Position numbers and translations under genes: made by a program. 64,000 nucleotides of DNA. It comes from Callorhinchus milii. Lineage: Eukaryota. The stretch's first letter is position 1; each line of letters begins with the position of its first letter. The notes under the pieces were generated by a model. That model was not told where the DNA came from and did no database searches. It saw nothing but the letters and a program-made list of their open reading frames with translations. The stretch is from assembly GCF_018977255.1 (NCBI RefSeq), contig NW_024704743.1, forward strand, positions 11,348,001-11,412,000, written 5' to 3'. This document shows, in pieces, positions 50,101 to 62,281 of the stretch.

Positions 50101-50460
50101 TTGCTTCCCCAACCTCTGCGATCTCCTAAACCCTACATCCTGCTCACTCCCTCCGCTCAGCGGGCTCTGGCCTGCTTCATGTTCCCCGCCTCGCTTGCGG
50201 GATCTTCTGCCACTCTGCCTCCACTCTCTGGAACGCCATCCCACAGTCCCTCCACCTTGCCCCTTCCCTTGCCTTCTTCAAGACTCATCTCAAGACCCTC
50301 CTCTTTGACCATGCTATCGATTTCCCTGCTTCTCCCCCTGCCCTGCACACTCCCTGACCCCGACCCCCAGCTCGGGTAAGAAACTGTGTCTGGCCAGCGC
50401 CTTGGGATGTCCTCCCAATGTGAAAGATGCTATGCAAATGTAATTTTGCTGTTGTTGTTG
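47140..50460 (+). mobile_element. Long decayed L2 LINE (endonuclease, RT, tail), split by a SINE
   Basis: LALSEICVT, LKILLIYRTP, FHMYADDTKLY, FLQLNINKSE, L2 tail and (GTT)n. Confidence 0.92.
49562..49879 (+). mobile_element. SINE family A, young subfamily, inserted in L2
   Basis: 7-bp TSD TTCATTA (49555-49561 / 49880-49886). Confidence 0.93.
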
Positions 50461-50479
50461 TCTTCTATCAAAGTGGAAA

Positions 50480-50828
50480 ATAATAATAATAATCCTTGCA
50501 TTGATATAGCAACGTATCACGTCTTCCAAATGTCTCAAAGCGCTTCACAGAATATACTGTAAAGTGATTTGACTATATATTTTGTAGGCGGAACAAGGCA
50601 GCCAATTGCACAGCAGTGTCCCACAAACACTCGTGGAATTAAGTGACCAATTTTTTTTTAAGAATTATTATCCCCTGAAAATTGATCTGCCAATCGACTA
50701 ACCGGTTGGGTTCCTACTTTCTGCTAGGTAACCAGGCGTGTGGAATAACATTTTGTCCTGCTGGGAATTGAATCCAGGTTTCTCGCTTGCGAGACATGTG
50801 CTCTAACCACTGAGCTGCAGGACTCCAC
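50480..50828 (-). mobile_element. SINE family A
   Basis: Reverse-complement structure. Confidence 0.85.
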
Positions 50829-52264
50829 AGGACTTAATATCACATCATTGAGATGCCTCAAAGCACTTCACAGAATATATTATAAAGTAGCTTGACTGTG
50901 TATTTTGTGGGTGAAACACAATGCAAGGGGAAAAGGTTCTGTTTGATATGTATCGTATACAAAATATTATATACAGTATACAGATTTCAGGTGCAAAAAG
51001 AAAAGGAGGGGACAATGGTGAATTTATGAACACCTAATTTATTTCTCTCTGAGCAGGATATTGTCACTTGTCACCCCAAATCTGCATAAAATGAATGATG
51101 ACTTGTTGAAATTGCCGACACATAATTGCTTCTTTTGGAGAGGTTGCTCTAATTCCTGGGAAATCGTGGAGGCTGTTCGGGAATGTGGTGACTCACTGAT
51201 CAAAGGTGGTCACATTTTTTTGGTGAATGATCACGTTTTTTAAATTAATTGCACTCCCCCATCCTCCCACTCCATCCCCCCTTCCCTCTAACCCTTTCTC
51301 TTTCCCACCTATCTCCCTCCATCCCTCCCTCCTTTCCTCAGACCCTTCCTCCATCGGTTTCTTCATAATTCTTTCTTTCCCTTTTGGCTTCTTTTTCTTT
51401 CTTTTTCCTTTTCTTTCTGTTTATCCTTCCTAACTTTATCCTTCCCCATTCTTTTCCTTGAACTCTTTATTTCACCTCTTACTTTTCACCTGGTATTGCA
51501 CTCCTCATTTTCCCTCCTTCCTGTTTCTCATCATTTCACTGCCCCCACAGTTTCCTGGCCCAGTTCCTCTCCACATTCCAGGTCTATGCTGTGATCCTGT
51601 GGTTTCTGGTAACTTAAAACACTAGTGAGGTGTCATTACAACAAGGTAGCACCAGCTGCTGTTCCCACTGCTGCCAAGTAGTTGTTTTTTTCTCCTCCAA
51701 TTTTCTCCAAGACTCTTCCGGGGTGTGGCTCTATTGGCAGAAATTGCCCTCTGATATTGTGCCCAAGCTGCTCTCTTCATGTGTGAATCTAGACAGTGAG
51801 CGTTGGCAAAGCTGCTCGGACATGGAAGGCATTCATAGCTGAGCACCATCATCACAGACATAAGTTTCGGAGGAGGCAGTTTCACCTTGTGTAATGGCCA
51901 ACAATTCCCCCCTCCCACACACACATAAAATTGGCCATTCAACTTGACTGCTGTTTGTGGGACATCACTGTGCGCAAATTTGATGCTGTGTTTGTCTTAC
52001 AAAATACACAGTCACTGTACTGTACAGTAAATCCCTGAGAAGCCCTTTGAGACATTTTGACATTCCAGGTGTTATTATCAAACACAGGGAGAGACTGGAT
52101 TATCCCAGAGGGGCATTGGGTAGAATTCTGAATTTTTTAGCACATCGTGCTTGTGTTTACCTGTTTAATCCCACTGGGAACTCAAGTGGTGGTAGGGGAA
52201 CGATGATAGAAATCATGGTCAAAGAGGTACATCTCGACTGTAAAGTGTAGTGACTGTGTATTTT

Positions 52265-52885
52265 GTGGAGTCCTGTAGTGGTTAGAGCACTCGCCTCACA
52301 AATGAAAGGACCGGGGTTTGATTCTTGGGCAGGTGAAACCTTATTGTATCTGCCCTGGCACACTTCATACTACCGAGCAGCAGTCACTGCTCTGAGGATT
52401 AACTCTGAGCTTTAACTTATTAAAATTGATAAATTGGTCACTTCAATCAACGACTGTTTGGGACACTGCTGTGCGCAATTGGCTGCTGCGTTTCATCCAC
52501 AAGATATACAGTCAATTCACTTTACAGAATATCCTTTGCGGCATTTCGGAGACACAATAAGGTGCTATATCAAATGCAAGGGTTATTATTATTATATTAT
52601 TATTAGGCAAGTTTTCTTACTCCACATGTCTCTATTTACCCAGCTGTAAGTAGGAACCTGGTTGTTAGCGGAGATAATAATCTCTTCATAAAAATAAATA
52701 AGCAAACAAATAAATAATAATAAACTCAATACACGATTGTTTGTGGAATATTGCTGTGCGCTATTAGCTACTGTGTTTCACCTACAAAATATACAGTCAA
52801 TTCATTTTACAGTATATCATGTATCACTTTGAGACATCTCAACAATGCGATACGGCGCTATATCAAACAGAAGGATTATTATTAT
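52265..52885 (+). mobile_element. Two tandem SINE family A copies (partial)
   Basis: Head at 52265; tails near 52600 and 52885. Confidence 0.78.
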
Positions 52886-53049
52886 TTGGCAGGCAATTTG
52901 TGTACAGCAATGTCCCACAAACAGCCATGAAGTGAATGACCCATTGTATCTGAGGATGGTGGAGGGGGGATCCAGATTGTTGGCCAAGGATTGTGTTTCA
53001 GCCACCCTCAATAAACGCTGCAGAAACTGTGCAGGAACCCTGGCTGATC

Positions 53050-53410
53050 TTTCTCTCTCGCCCCAGGGAACCAAGACATTTCAGAGGGGACTCATAAAAG
53101 GGTATAAATGTATAAATGGAATTGAAAAAGTAAACTAAACCCAGAATAATACTTTAGGTTGCATCAAGACAGTAGAATAAGAGTAGAATAAGAATAAGAG
53201 GACAGAGTTGCAAAGGGCAATTTCAGGACAGACACCAGGAAGGTTTTCTTTACCCAGAGGGTAACTAATGACTGCAACACTTACCAGGAAAGGTGGTTGA
53301 GGCCAGGATACTGGGACTCGTTTAAAAAGCAGCTTGATGGTGTAATGAGGGTCATCAGATGGGCCAAAGGGCTTTCTTCATCCAAAGCAATCCTGTGATC
53401 TTGTGATTTC
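53050..53410 (+). mobile_element. CR1-like subfamily D 3' end
   Basis: tttctttacccagagggta (FFTQRV); gatgggccaaagggc; (gtgatctt) tail. Confidence 0.7.
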
Positions 53411-53789
53411 TTTTATGCAGCTGTGTGTTTCCAGTGCCACAGCTGGTCAGTCTGGGAAGTGCAAGAAAAACATCTGTGAAGTGTGTATGTGCTTTGTCAG
53501 TGATGTGTCAATTAGGTCTAACGCGGAAACCGATTCCATACTGGCAATGGTTAATCCCATTCCGTGGGATTTTCGACCACTCTTTCAATTATCTTCACCC
53601 GCCACCCCCCACCCCCAATCTCTGGCTCAGAAGGAGGGTAGGGTTGGTGTTGTGCAAGGATGAGATTAGAGGGTCTCTTCATCGAACCATTCGTGTAACC
53701 TTGTGATTTCTTGTTGACGAGGACATCAGGGAGAAATTCCTTTTCAAATAGTCCCATGGATCCTTAATGTCTACCTGAACCACATCTTC

Positions 53790-54100
53790 CAACAACAACA
53801 ACGTGAAGCATCTCGGAGAGCTTAACGGTGGTGGAGCATGACGCCAAGCGGGGGAGAGAGGGGAGGTGATCGAAGACACAGTTGAAGAGGAAAGTCTTCA
53901 GATGCAATCTGTGTATTTGGAGTTGAGGCCGATCCTATTCCTATGTTTCCTATGAGTGGCAAGGCGGAGGGATTAAAGCAGAGAGTTCGAGAGTCTTGCA
54001 GTATAATGGCTGAGAGCATGGGTTGATGGGGGAGCGGAGAGGACACAAACTGTGCAGAAGGCTAGAGTTGGTTGAGTGAATGCAGCAGGTAGAGGAGTGG
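53790..54100 (-). mobile_element. L2 LINE 3' fragment
   Basis: (CAA)n tail; tgatcgaagacacagttgaagaggaaagtcttc. Confidence 0.7.
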
Positions 54101-54489
54101 AATGTGATCGGAAATCACCTCACCCCCTTCTCAGATACCCCCCCACACCCTCTCAGCTCCTTATGAGAAAATATGTTCCTGCATTAGAAATGTATTAAAG
54201 CTAAAACAGCCTTAAAAGCAAATGATAACAATCCATGCATTTGATACAAACGCTTTTGCTGAACCGAACAAAGAGCCATCGCGATGTGTAATAGTTAGAT
54301 GGACATCTTTGCCCTCCCCACCCGCAGCTTGTGTGACAGGTCATGATTGTTAAGCATCTTGGAATGTCCTCCTGATGTGAAAGACACTATAATAAATGTA
54401 AATTTGTATTGTATTGAAAAATATTTGAGGAATGGGGGAGAGGAGAGGGTGGTCAGAGGGTAAAGTGGAGGTAAACAGCAAGGCATCCT

Positions 54490-55050
54490 GTAGGAGTCCT
54501 ATAGTATATTGGTTAGAGCATTCGCCTTGTAAACGAGAAGACCCGGTTTGATTCCCAAACAGTGTGAAATGTTAGGCAAATTTCCTTACTCCACCCGCCT
54601 CTGTTTACCCAGCAGTAAGTAGGAACCTGGTTCTAAATTGATTGGTGGGTCGCTTTCTGGGGATAATAAGCCTTCAAAAACAAATGTGGTCACTCAATCC
54701 ATGATTGTTTGTGGGACACTGTTGTGCACAATTGGCTGGCGTGTTTCGCCCACAAAATCTAATGGAGTCCTGTAGCTCAGTAGTTAGAGCACTCGCCTTG
54801 CAAACGAGACACCTGGGTAGGGCGAAACCTTGGGGAAGTTTCCTTACTCTACACGCCTAATAATAATCCCTCCATAAAACAAAAACAATAATAAATTGTT
54901 CATTTTCAATCCATGACTGTTTGTGGGACACTGCTGTGCGCAATTGACTGCCGCATTTCGCCCACAAATATACGGTGCTGTGAAGTGCTTTGAGACTTCG
55001 ATAAGACGTGAAAAGCGCTATATCAAATGCAAGGATTATTATTATTATTA
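54490..55050 (+). mobile_element. Two adjacent SINE A copies (old type 54490-54760; deleted type 54763-55050)
   Basis: Two ggagtcct heads. Confidence 0.85.
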
Positions 55051-55329
55051 TACAGTCAATCACTTTACAGTATATTCTATATATTGTGGAGTCCTGTAAT
55101 TCAGTGGTTAGAGCACTCATTTCGCAAGCAAGACCTGGGTTCGATTCCCAGCAGGGCAAAATGTTGGGCAAATATCCCACAAACAGTCGTGGATGGAATG
55201 ACCAAATATTTTTTTNAACACAAATATTGCACTTTGCAGTGTAACCTATGAAGCACTTTGGAAAGTCCTCTTGATGTGAAAGAGATACCAAATGTAAGGA
55301 TTGTTATTACAAGTGTGACTTTCATTCCC

Positions 55330-55430
55330 GGTTTCTTTTTCAAAGGCTCAAAAAAAAAAGAGCGAAAGTTCTCCCCTGATTAGCAGGAGAACAGCATGGC
55401 CAACAGTGTTACAGTAGGTGCTGGAGAGAA
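55330..55430 (+). mobile_element. Isolated CR1 5' end
   Basis: Matches the reverse complement of 37083-37178. Confidence 0.65.
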
Positions 55431-55616
55431 TACATTTAAAAGGAATCTATTTATTGGCATGGAAACATTTCCGAGTAACATCACTTTTGCGCGGAAGATT
55501 GAATTAAGTTCAATTAACATTGCAGACAATTACACTCAGATTTGTGCACTTTGATGTACAGTGGGGCAGAAAGCAAGTGGGGATTTGTATCAGAATTAAT
55601 TACATTGCACAATGCA

Positions 55617-55947
55617 TGGAGTCCTGTAGCATATTGGTCAGAGCACCTGGAGTTGATTCCCGGCAGGACGAAATGTTAGGCAAGTTTCCTTACTCCATGC
55701 AACTGTTTACCTAGCAGTAAGTAGGAACCTGGCTGTTAGTTGATTGGCGGATCGCTTTTCCAGGGGTAATAATTCCTTCAAAAAAAAACAATAAATTGGT
55801 CACTCAATCCACGACTATTTGTGGGACACTGTTGTCCGCAATTGGCCGCTGGTTTTGCCCACAAAATATACAGTCAATTCAAATGCTTTGAGACATTTAA
55901 CAGATGTGATAAGGCACTATATCAAATGCAAGGATTATTATTATTAT
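55617..55947 (+). mobile_element. SINE family A
   Basis: Head, core and tail. Confidence 0.85.
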
Positions 55948-56929
55948 ACCACATCCCATCATGTTATGCCTCCTGATCCAAGTTTAATTGCAGTTCAGGA
56001 ATACAAAGGCCTTGATATCCCTTCTCTGTCTCCCCCCTGCTCTCTTAAAGCCTCGCCGCATGCAAGAGGCATTCTGCCAGGGTCAGTGTGTGGCAAAGGT
56101 AGAGAGGAATGATGGAGAAGGTGAAGCAGTCTTGTTTAGACTTCCAACACGCTCAGGGTGACTTATCAGCTTGCTCGGAGTCAGAGGCTCATGAGCTGAA
56201 CCCCCACACCGTGGCTTTGTTGTCATGATCAAGACCAGTGGTGAAGGGGTTAAAGGATTGAGGTGGGGAGGGTCTCGGAGTGACCAGAGCAGCTTTAAAT
56301 ACCCACTCACATATTATACCCCCGAGGACCCACCCACCCCACTGCCCCCTCCTGCTTAAACTGTCAAGGAATCAGTCAAATGAGATTAAGTCCGAGGACC
56401 ATGTGAGGAACCCTGTGATGGGCCTTCGTCTAATCTAATGCAGAGAGGGATGAAAAAGGAGACTGACAGATGCTCAAACACTGTCGTCTTGGCAACGCAG
56501 GGTGTAATGATGCCGAGGAGGTCGGAGGTCAAAGAGCAGCCTCTGAAGAAAGAACTGTGTGCCAGCGCACGTTTGCTACAGGGTGTAAACTGTTCCCCTC
56601 CCCCCTCCTCCCAGAGAGAAAAAATAAGCCCAAATGGGAGCAAAGGAGCTGCGCTCTCTATCAGTGCAAACTCCAGCTGAGAACTGACATCGTCCGGAGA
56701 AACATTGATCCCTTTATCCTGAAAGAAAAGTGTTTTTTTTACTCATCCTTTCTTAGCCCAGAATGAAAAGTGCTAGGGGTGTGTGTGTGGTGGGGGGACA
56801 TCCGGAGCCTTAGATGTTCAAATTGAACTCTTCACATCTCTTTAGAGTTTGTTTTGCCCCACCCTCTCTCTCTTTGTTTGGTAAGGACCATGATTCACCC
56901 ACTTGCTTGAGTTAAAATAAGATTTAATA

Positions 56930-57325
56930 ATGAGTCAGAAGGTTGTGGGTTCAAGTTGCAAATCAAGACTTTGACTTATGTTAGTCCAGGCTGACACTCC
57001 AATGCAGCACTGGGGATGTGTTGCATTGTCGGATGTTCTGTCCTTCAGATGGGATGTTAAACTGAAGGTCCCATCTACCTGTTCAAGTAGTTATTAAGAG
57101 AAGAGAATTTCTCCTGGTGTCCTGGTCAACAGTCCTCCCAGATAAAATTGGTTGTTCACTTCATGGCCGTTTGTGGGATGTTGCTGTGCGTGATTGAGCC
57201 ATCTCACTCCCCGGCTATACAAATACACAGTCATTCCACTTCACACTAAAAATATTGTGAAGTGCTTTGTAATGTCCTCCAGATGTGATGGGTACTAATA
57301 TCAAATGTAACAATTATTATTATAA
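56930..57325 (+). mobile_element. SINE family B
   Basis: tgagtcagaaggttgtgggttcaag, Deu domain, tail. Confidence 0.85.
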
Positions 57326-57911
57326 TACTATTGGGGGACAGAGAAAACACACACACAGTGGGTAGCTACAGAAAGCAACTTGTAAGGTAACGTCCTTACT
57401 TCAGATTAGGTCTCTTCACTTTGGGTTTGATAATGATTTCTTTCAAAATGTGGATTTAGAATCACAAGGGCCTAACTTGTGCTATTTCACAACCTCAAGG
57501 ATCGGTTCAGGTGCAGAAGGCCCTTTGGCTCTTTTAATCTCATTCTTCCAGAATATCCATTGTACTGCACTCCAATCACATTCTTTAAATGAGTCTCCTG
57601 GCCTCAACATGAAATTGAAAACAGGATTGAGAAACTAAACCACAATCTTCTCAGATATGTGAAGGAGCAGAACAAGAGAGCACTGTTGGATACTCTTTCA
57701 GGAGTAAATAGACAATTGACGAGGAGCCAATAAGAAAGGACACTGTGAGTGGGACAAAGTGTGTGAGTGGGACAAAGTGTGTGATTTAGAGTGGTGCATT
57801 CTTGAGAGTTTGGAAAGACAAATAAAGAAGATACTAACACACCTTTGATTTGGATTGAATTATATTCAAACACAGATTCAGGAATCCTTTTTCATCTGAA
57901 TCTTGTGATCT

Positions 57912-58650
57912 TGCCAGCCTGGCTTAGTTGGTAGCAGTCTCACCTCAAATCAGAGGATTATGCGTTCAAGCCCCCAAATTGGGATTTGGAGCTCATGTAG
58001 TTTAGGCTGTCGCTCTAATGCAGTGCTGGGAGAGGGGTGTGCTTCTTTGTTGGAGGTGAAATCCTTCAGAAGAGATGTTAAACCATCACATGAAGATCAA
58101 AGATCCTGCAGCACTACTCTAGAAGACAGGGGAGTTGGTTCTCGCGTCTCAGCCAATAGTCCCCCCAGATAAAATTAGTTGTTCACTTCATGGCTATTTG
58201 TGGGATATTGCTGTGTGTAAATTGGTTGTCATGTTTGCCTACAAATACAGACACTATAACTTATGAGAGATCCTGTGAAGCACTTTGGAACATAGGAACA
58301 GGAATAGGCCATTTAGTCCCTCGAGCCCGATTCGCTATTCTATTAGATAACGGTTGATCTGTACCTCAACTCCAATTACCCGCCTTTACCCCCAGATCCT
58401 GCGATAACCTGACCTGACAAAAAGCTATTGACTTCAGTCTTGAAAATGTGAATCGATCCAGCATTCACAGCCTTTTGGGGGAGAGTTCCAGATTTTCACT
58501 GTGAAAAAGTGCTTCCTGAGTTCACTCCTAAATGGCCTAGTTCTAATTTTAGATGATGCTCCCTTATTCTGGATTCCCCCATCAGAAGAAATAATTTCTC
58601 TCTGATTCTTTGAGATGTCTTCAAGACACTATACCAAATGCAAGGATTAT
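57912..58650 (+). mobile_element. SINE family B with a CR1 3' end inserted in its tail
   Basis: Tail gtgaagcactttg|agatgtc split; ctttg on both sides. Confidence 0.78.
58288..58607 (-). mobile_element. CR1 LINE 3' end
   Basis: gaacataggaacaggaataggccatttagtcccctcgagcc. Confidence 0.85.
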
Positions 58651-58695
58651 GATATCATGATTAGAGCAATTCCCTGTTGCTCTATTATGAGAGAT

Positions 58696-59887
58696 TGTTA
58701 GAATATACACTTTTTGTATGATTCTACTGCTAGAATCATAATAGATGTTGTGAATGGGTTAACTTTTAAGTTAAGTGTGGGGGACAACTGGACTGACAGT
58801 CATGGGATAGGACACATCTGGTTTTCTCTGTTTTTGAAAGAATAACAGACAGGGGCAGGGGCTCACCTCTTATCAGTAAATGACAACAAGCCACAGAGGT
58901 AACGGTCCAAGGTACCAGTCGACACAGGATCTCGACTGAGCAATAAGTCGCTAGATTCTGACAGGGCCTGCCAACCGACAGAAGGCAACCCTCAAGAATA
59001 GCTACTAATGAGCAAGTTGCTTAAACTAGAGGACCTTGGTACCATCCCGGGATACTGATAAGAAATAACCAGTCACTTAAAAGGAATGTAGTAATGATCC
59101 CACACCACAAAATAATGAGCATCAGATACAGCCCTAAACTGATCAATCCTCTATCTTAGACAATTAGATCAGATAACAGAGGTCTTAAGGACAATGTGTA
59201 TGTGTGCTGAGGCACGTACACCCCATGAGGTATTCACGTGAACTCAGCATGATTTCGACCAGGTGATCTAATGTCCGCACCATGAATGGACGAACATCAG
59301 TATAAGAGTTCCGATAACTTTGTGTACGGGGCCATCCCGGGTCGCAGAGACAAGGATACGGGAGATGGGGCCGTCCCGGGTCACAGAGACAAGGATACGG
59401 GAGATGGGGTCGTCCCGGGTCGCGGAGACAAGGATACGGGAGATGGGGCTATCCCGGGCTGCGGAGACAAGGGTACGGGAGATGGGGCCGTCCCGGGCTG
59501 CGGAGACAAGGGTACGGGAGATGGGGTCGTCCCGGGTCGCGGAGACAAGGATACGGGAGACGGGGCTATCCCGGGCTGCAGAGACAAGGGTACGGAGATG
59601 GAAGACTGAGAGCTAGAAACACTAAGACTGAGGATATCAGATGGAAGATTGAAAGCTGTAAGCAAGAAGACTGAAAGCATGAAGAATCAAGCTTGTGTGC
59701 TGTAAAGAGACAGTGTTGAACTAAGGTGGTATTATTCTGTTATAAGATCTGTTGATTGTACCGGCCTTTGGTCTGACCCATCAGGATATTGGGGAATAAC
59801 GAACGATTAATAATAAAACAGTCTGATATCTGGTTAAAGGAATTAGCGCTATTTCCTTACAGATTTGGCTGATTTTATTTTCTAACA
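58696..59887 (+). mobile_element. Solo LTR, same family as 26019-27060
   Basis: TGTTAGAA...TTCTAACA; flanks AGAT / AAAT; TATAAGA 59301; AATAAA 59812; no PBS after it. Confidence 0.88.
59328..59601 (+). repeat. 39-bp minisatellite, 7 units
   Basis: Same unit as 26447-26782. Confidence 0.95.
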
Positions 59888-60267
59888 AAATGATGATCCA
59901 CTTGTGGAGTCTTGTAATGTAATGGTTAGAGCACTGACCCTCTGAGTCCTGACAATTGAGCCAGCTGGCTGGTTGGTGTGTCATCACCAGTGTGCTGCGG
60001 TTCAGGAAATGGATTACCTAGACTACCACCAAAGGTTGACTCATTTGGATATTCAATTCCCAAAGAAACAAAGGATGCTGCCAAGATGCTGAGAAAAAGA
60101 AGAAAGCTCTGGAGACTCATCAAGCACCCGTGGATATGCTAATTTAGCAGCAGTATCTCTGCAAGACAAAGCAAAGCAGGAAGGAAATGAATCGCAGTAT
60201 CAGACTCTTATATTAACAAAGCACTGATAGATAAAGACCTAAGGAAACCCTAATAAGGAGTTGACAG

Positions 60268-61644
60268 ATGGAAAAGCTGCTGATAACAGGCTTGTTCCAA
60301 TGTCACTCATTAGGAAAACCTTCCCTAGATCCCTCAAACCCCAGCCACTACCGTCCTATTTCAAACCTACCCTTCCTCGCAAAAGTCCGAGAACATGTTG
60401 TTGCAAATCAACTCCGTGCACACCTCTCCTCCAACTCCCTTTTCGAACCCCTCCAGTCTGGTTTCCACCCTGCCCACAGTACAGAGACTAAATGGCTTGT
60501 GAAGGTCTCAAATGACATCCTCTCTACCTGTGACCAGGAATCCCTCTGCCTCGTTGTCCTCCTGGACCTCTCCGCCGGGTTCGACACAGTCGATCACGCC
60601 ATCCTCCTCCACCGCCTTTCCTCCGTCATTCACTTCAGTGGGACCGCACTCGCCTGGTTCGAGTCCAACCTCACCAACCGCCAGCAGTACATCTGCACAA
60701 ACGGCTTCTCCTCCCGCTTTCAGCCGGTTACCTGCGGGGTACCCCAAGGATCCATCCTTGGTCCCCTCCTCTTTCTGATCTACATGCTCTCTCTTGGGGA
60801 TGTCATTCGCAGACATGGGGTACACTTCCACATGTATGCGGACGACACCCAACTCTATTTTTCCAACTCACATTGTGACCCCCAGTCCCCTGATGTTCTG
60901 TCAGCCTGCCTGTCAGATCTCAGGGGCTGGATGAGCGCAAATTTCCTTCAGCTGAATGTTGACCAGATGGAAGCCATACTCTTTGGCTCTCATCAAGGTC
61001 TAAAATCTCACTGTTCCCACCTCCTCCACTTACCCGACCTCCCCCTAAAACTCTCCGAACCCGTACACAACCTAGGCGTCAGGTTCGACCCCCAATTATC
61101 CTTCCTCCCACACATCTGGTCCCTCACCAGTACTGCTTTCTTCCACTTCCGATGCATCGCCTGTCTCCGCCAATATCTCACTCCAAAAGCTGCTGAAACC
61201 CTGGTCCATGCCTTTGTCACCTCTCAGCTGGACTATTCAAATGCCCTCCTCGCCGATCTCCCCTCCACTACCATTCATAAAATCCAGGTCATCCAAAACT
61301 CTGCTGCCCGCATTCTTACCCGCACCGAACTCCGCTCCCCGATTACCCCAGTCCTTGCCAGACTGCACTGGCTGCCTGTCCAGAGAGGATCGACTTCAAG
61401 ATCCTCACCCTTGTCTTCAAATCCCTCCACTCTTCTGCACCCCCCTAATTCTCTGACCTCCTCTCTCCTCACAACAGTACCCGTTGCCTTTGTTCCACCA
61501 GGTCTGGCCTCCACCTTGTCCCCAGAGTCCTCCGCTCCACTCTTGGTGGCCAGGCCTTCAGCCACTAAGCCCCGAGGTTCTGGAACTCCCTTCCTCACTC
61601 CTTTCACCTCGCCCCCTCTCTTCCTATTTTCAGGTCTCAGCTGA
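60268..61644 (+). pseudogene. L2 ORF2 reverse-transcriptase remnant (458-codon open frame, out of frame after LHWLPVQR)
   Basis: YRPISNLPFLAKV, LQSGFHPAHSTET, LDLSAGFDTVDH, GVPQGSILGPLLFLIY, YADDTQLY; endonuclease absent. Confidence 0.85.
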
Positions 61645-61783
61645 AGACCTTTCTTATCGACCGCGCCTTTGGTCACCTTGCCCCCCCTCCCCCGGCTCCA
61701 TCCCGGGATCTGTTACTGTGAAGCGCTCTGAGACGCCGTCCGGCATGGAGGGCACTATATAAATCCAAGTTGTTGTTGTTGTT
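60305..61783 (+). mobile_element. 5'-truncated L2 LINE (RT domain to tail)
   Basis: Full set of RT motifs; (GTT)n tail. Confidence 0.96.
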
Positions 61784-62072
61784 GCAAGCGAGAGGATCTG
61801 GGCAGGGTGAAACCTTATGCAAGTTCCCTTACTCCACACACCTCTGTTTACCTAGCAGTAAGTCAGAACACAGTTGTTAGTCGATTGGCGGATCACTTTC
61901 TGGAGTAATACTCCCTCCCCTCAAAAGAAAATCAATGCTTGACTGTTTGTGGGACACCCCTGTGCCCACAAAATACACAATTAATCCACTTTACAATATA
62001 TTCTGTGAAACATTTTGAGACGTCTCAACGACGCGTTAAGGTGCTACATCAATTACAAGGCTTACTATTATT
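61784..62072 (+). mobile_element. SINE family A (5'-truncated)
   Basis: Core to tail. Confidence 0.78.
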
Positions 62073-62281
62073 CTTTGATGCACACCTCTGTTTTAAATAG
62101 GAGTGCATTCGATGTCACGCTTGCCAATTTCAATCACTGCTCCGGAACATTTACCCCCTCTAGGGTTGTCGGTTGTGCAGTTCCTGAGCCTGGTTGCTCT
62201 GCAGGACTCCACAGCACTGCTGATGACACTATTCGAAAAGAGCAGGGAGTTTCTCCTGTTACCCTTCAGAATGATACAGAT

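Noticed and set aside
51680..51842. Polypyrimidine tract plus AG followed by a short open frame (possible exon)
   Set aside because: No recognisable protein similarity and no partner exon; needs RNA-seq
55216..55216. Single ambiguous base N
   Set aside because: Assembly ambiguity at a homopolymer; no biological meaning
56386..56766. Overlapping 80-98 aa ORFs in unique sequence
   Set aside because: No recognisable domain or convincing splice structure
26019..59887. The two LTRs as ends of one 34-kb element
   Set aside because: The first has its own perfect TSD within a rejoinable SINE; no PBS, PPT or gag-pol between them
60000..60130. Coding-looking stretch MDYLDYHQRLTHLDIQF
   Set aside because: Resembles the decayed CR1 motif LSYEERLxxLGL; not a host exon
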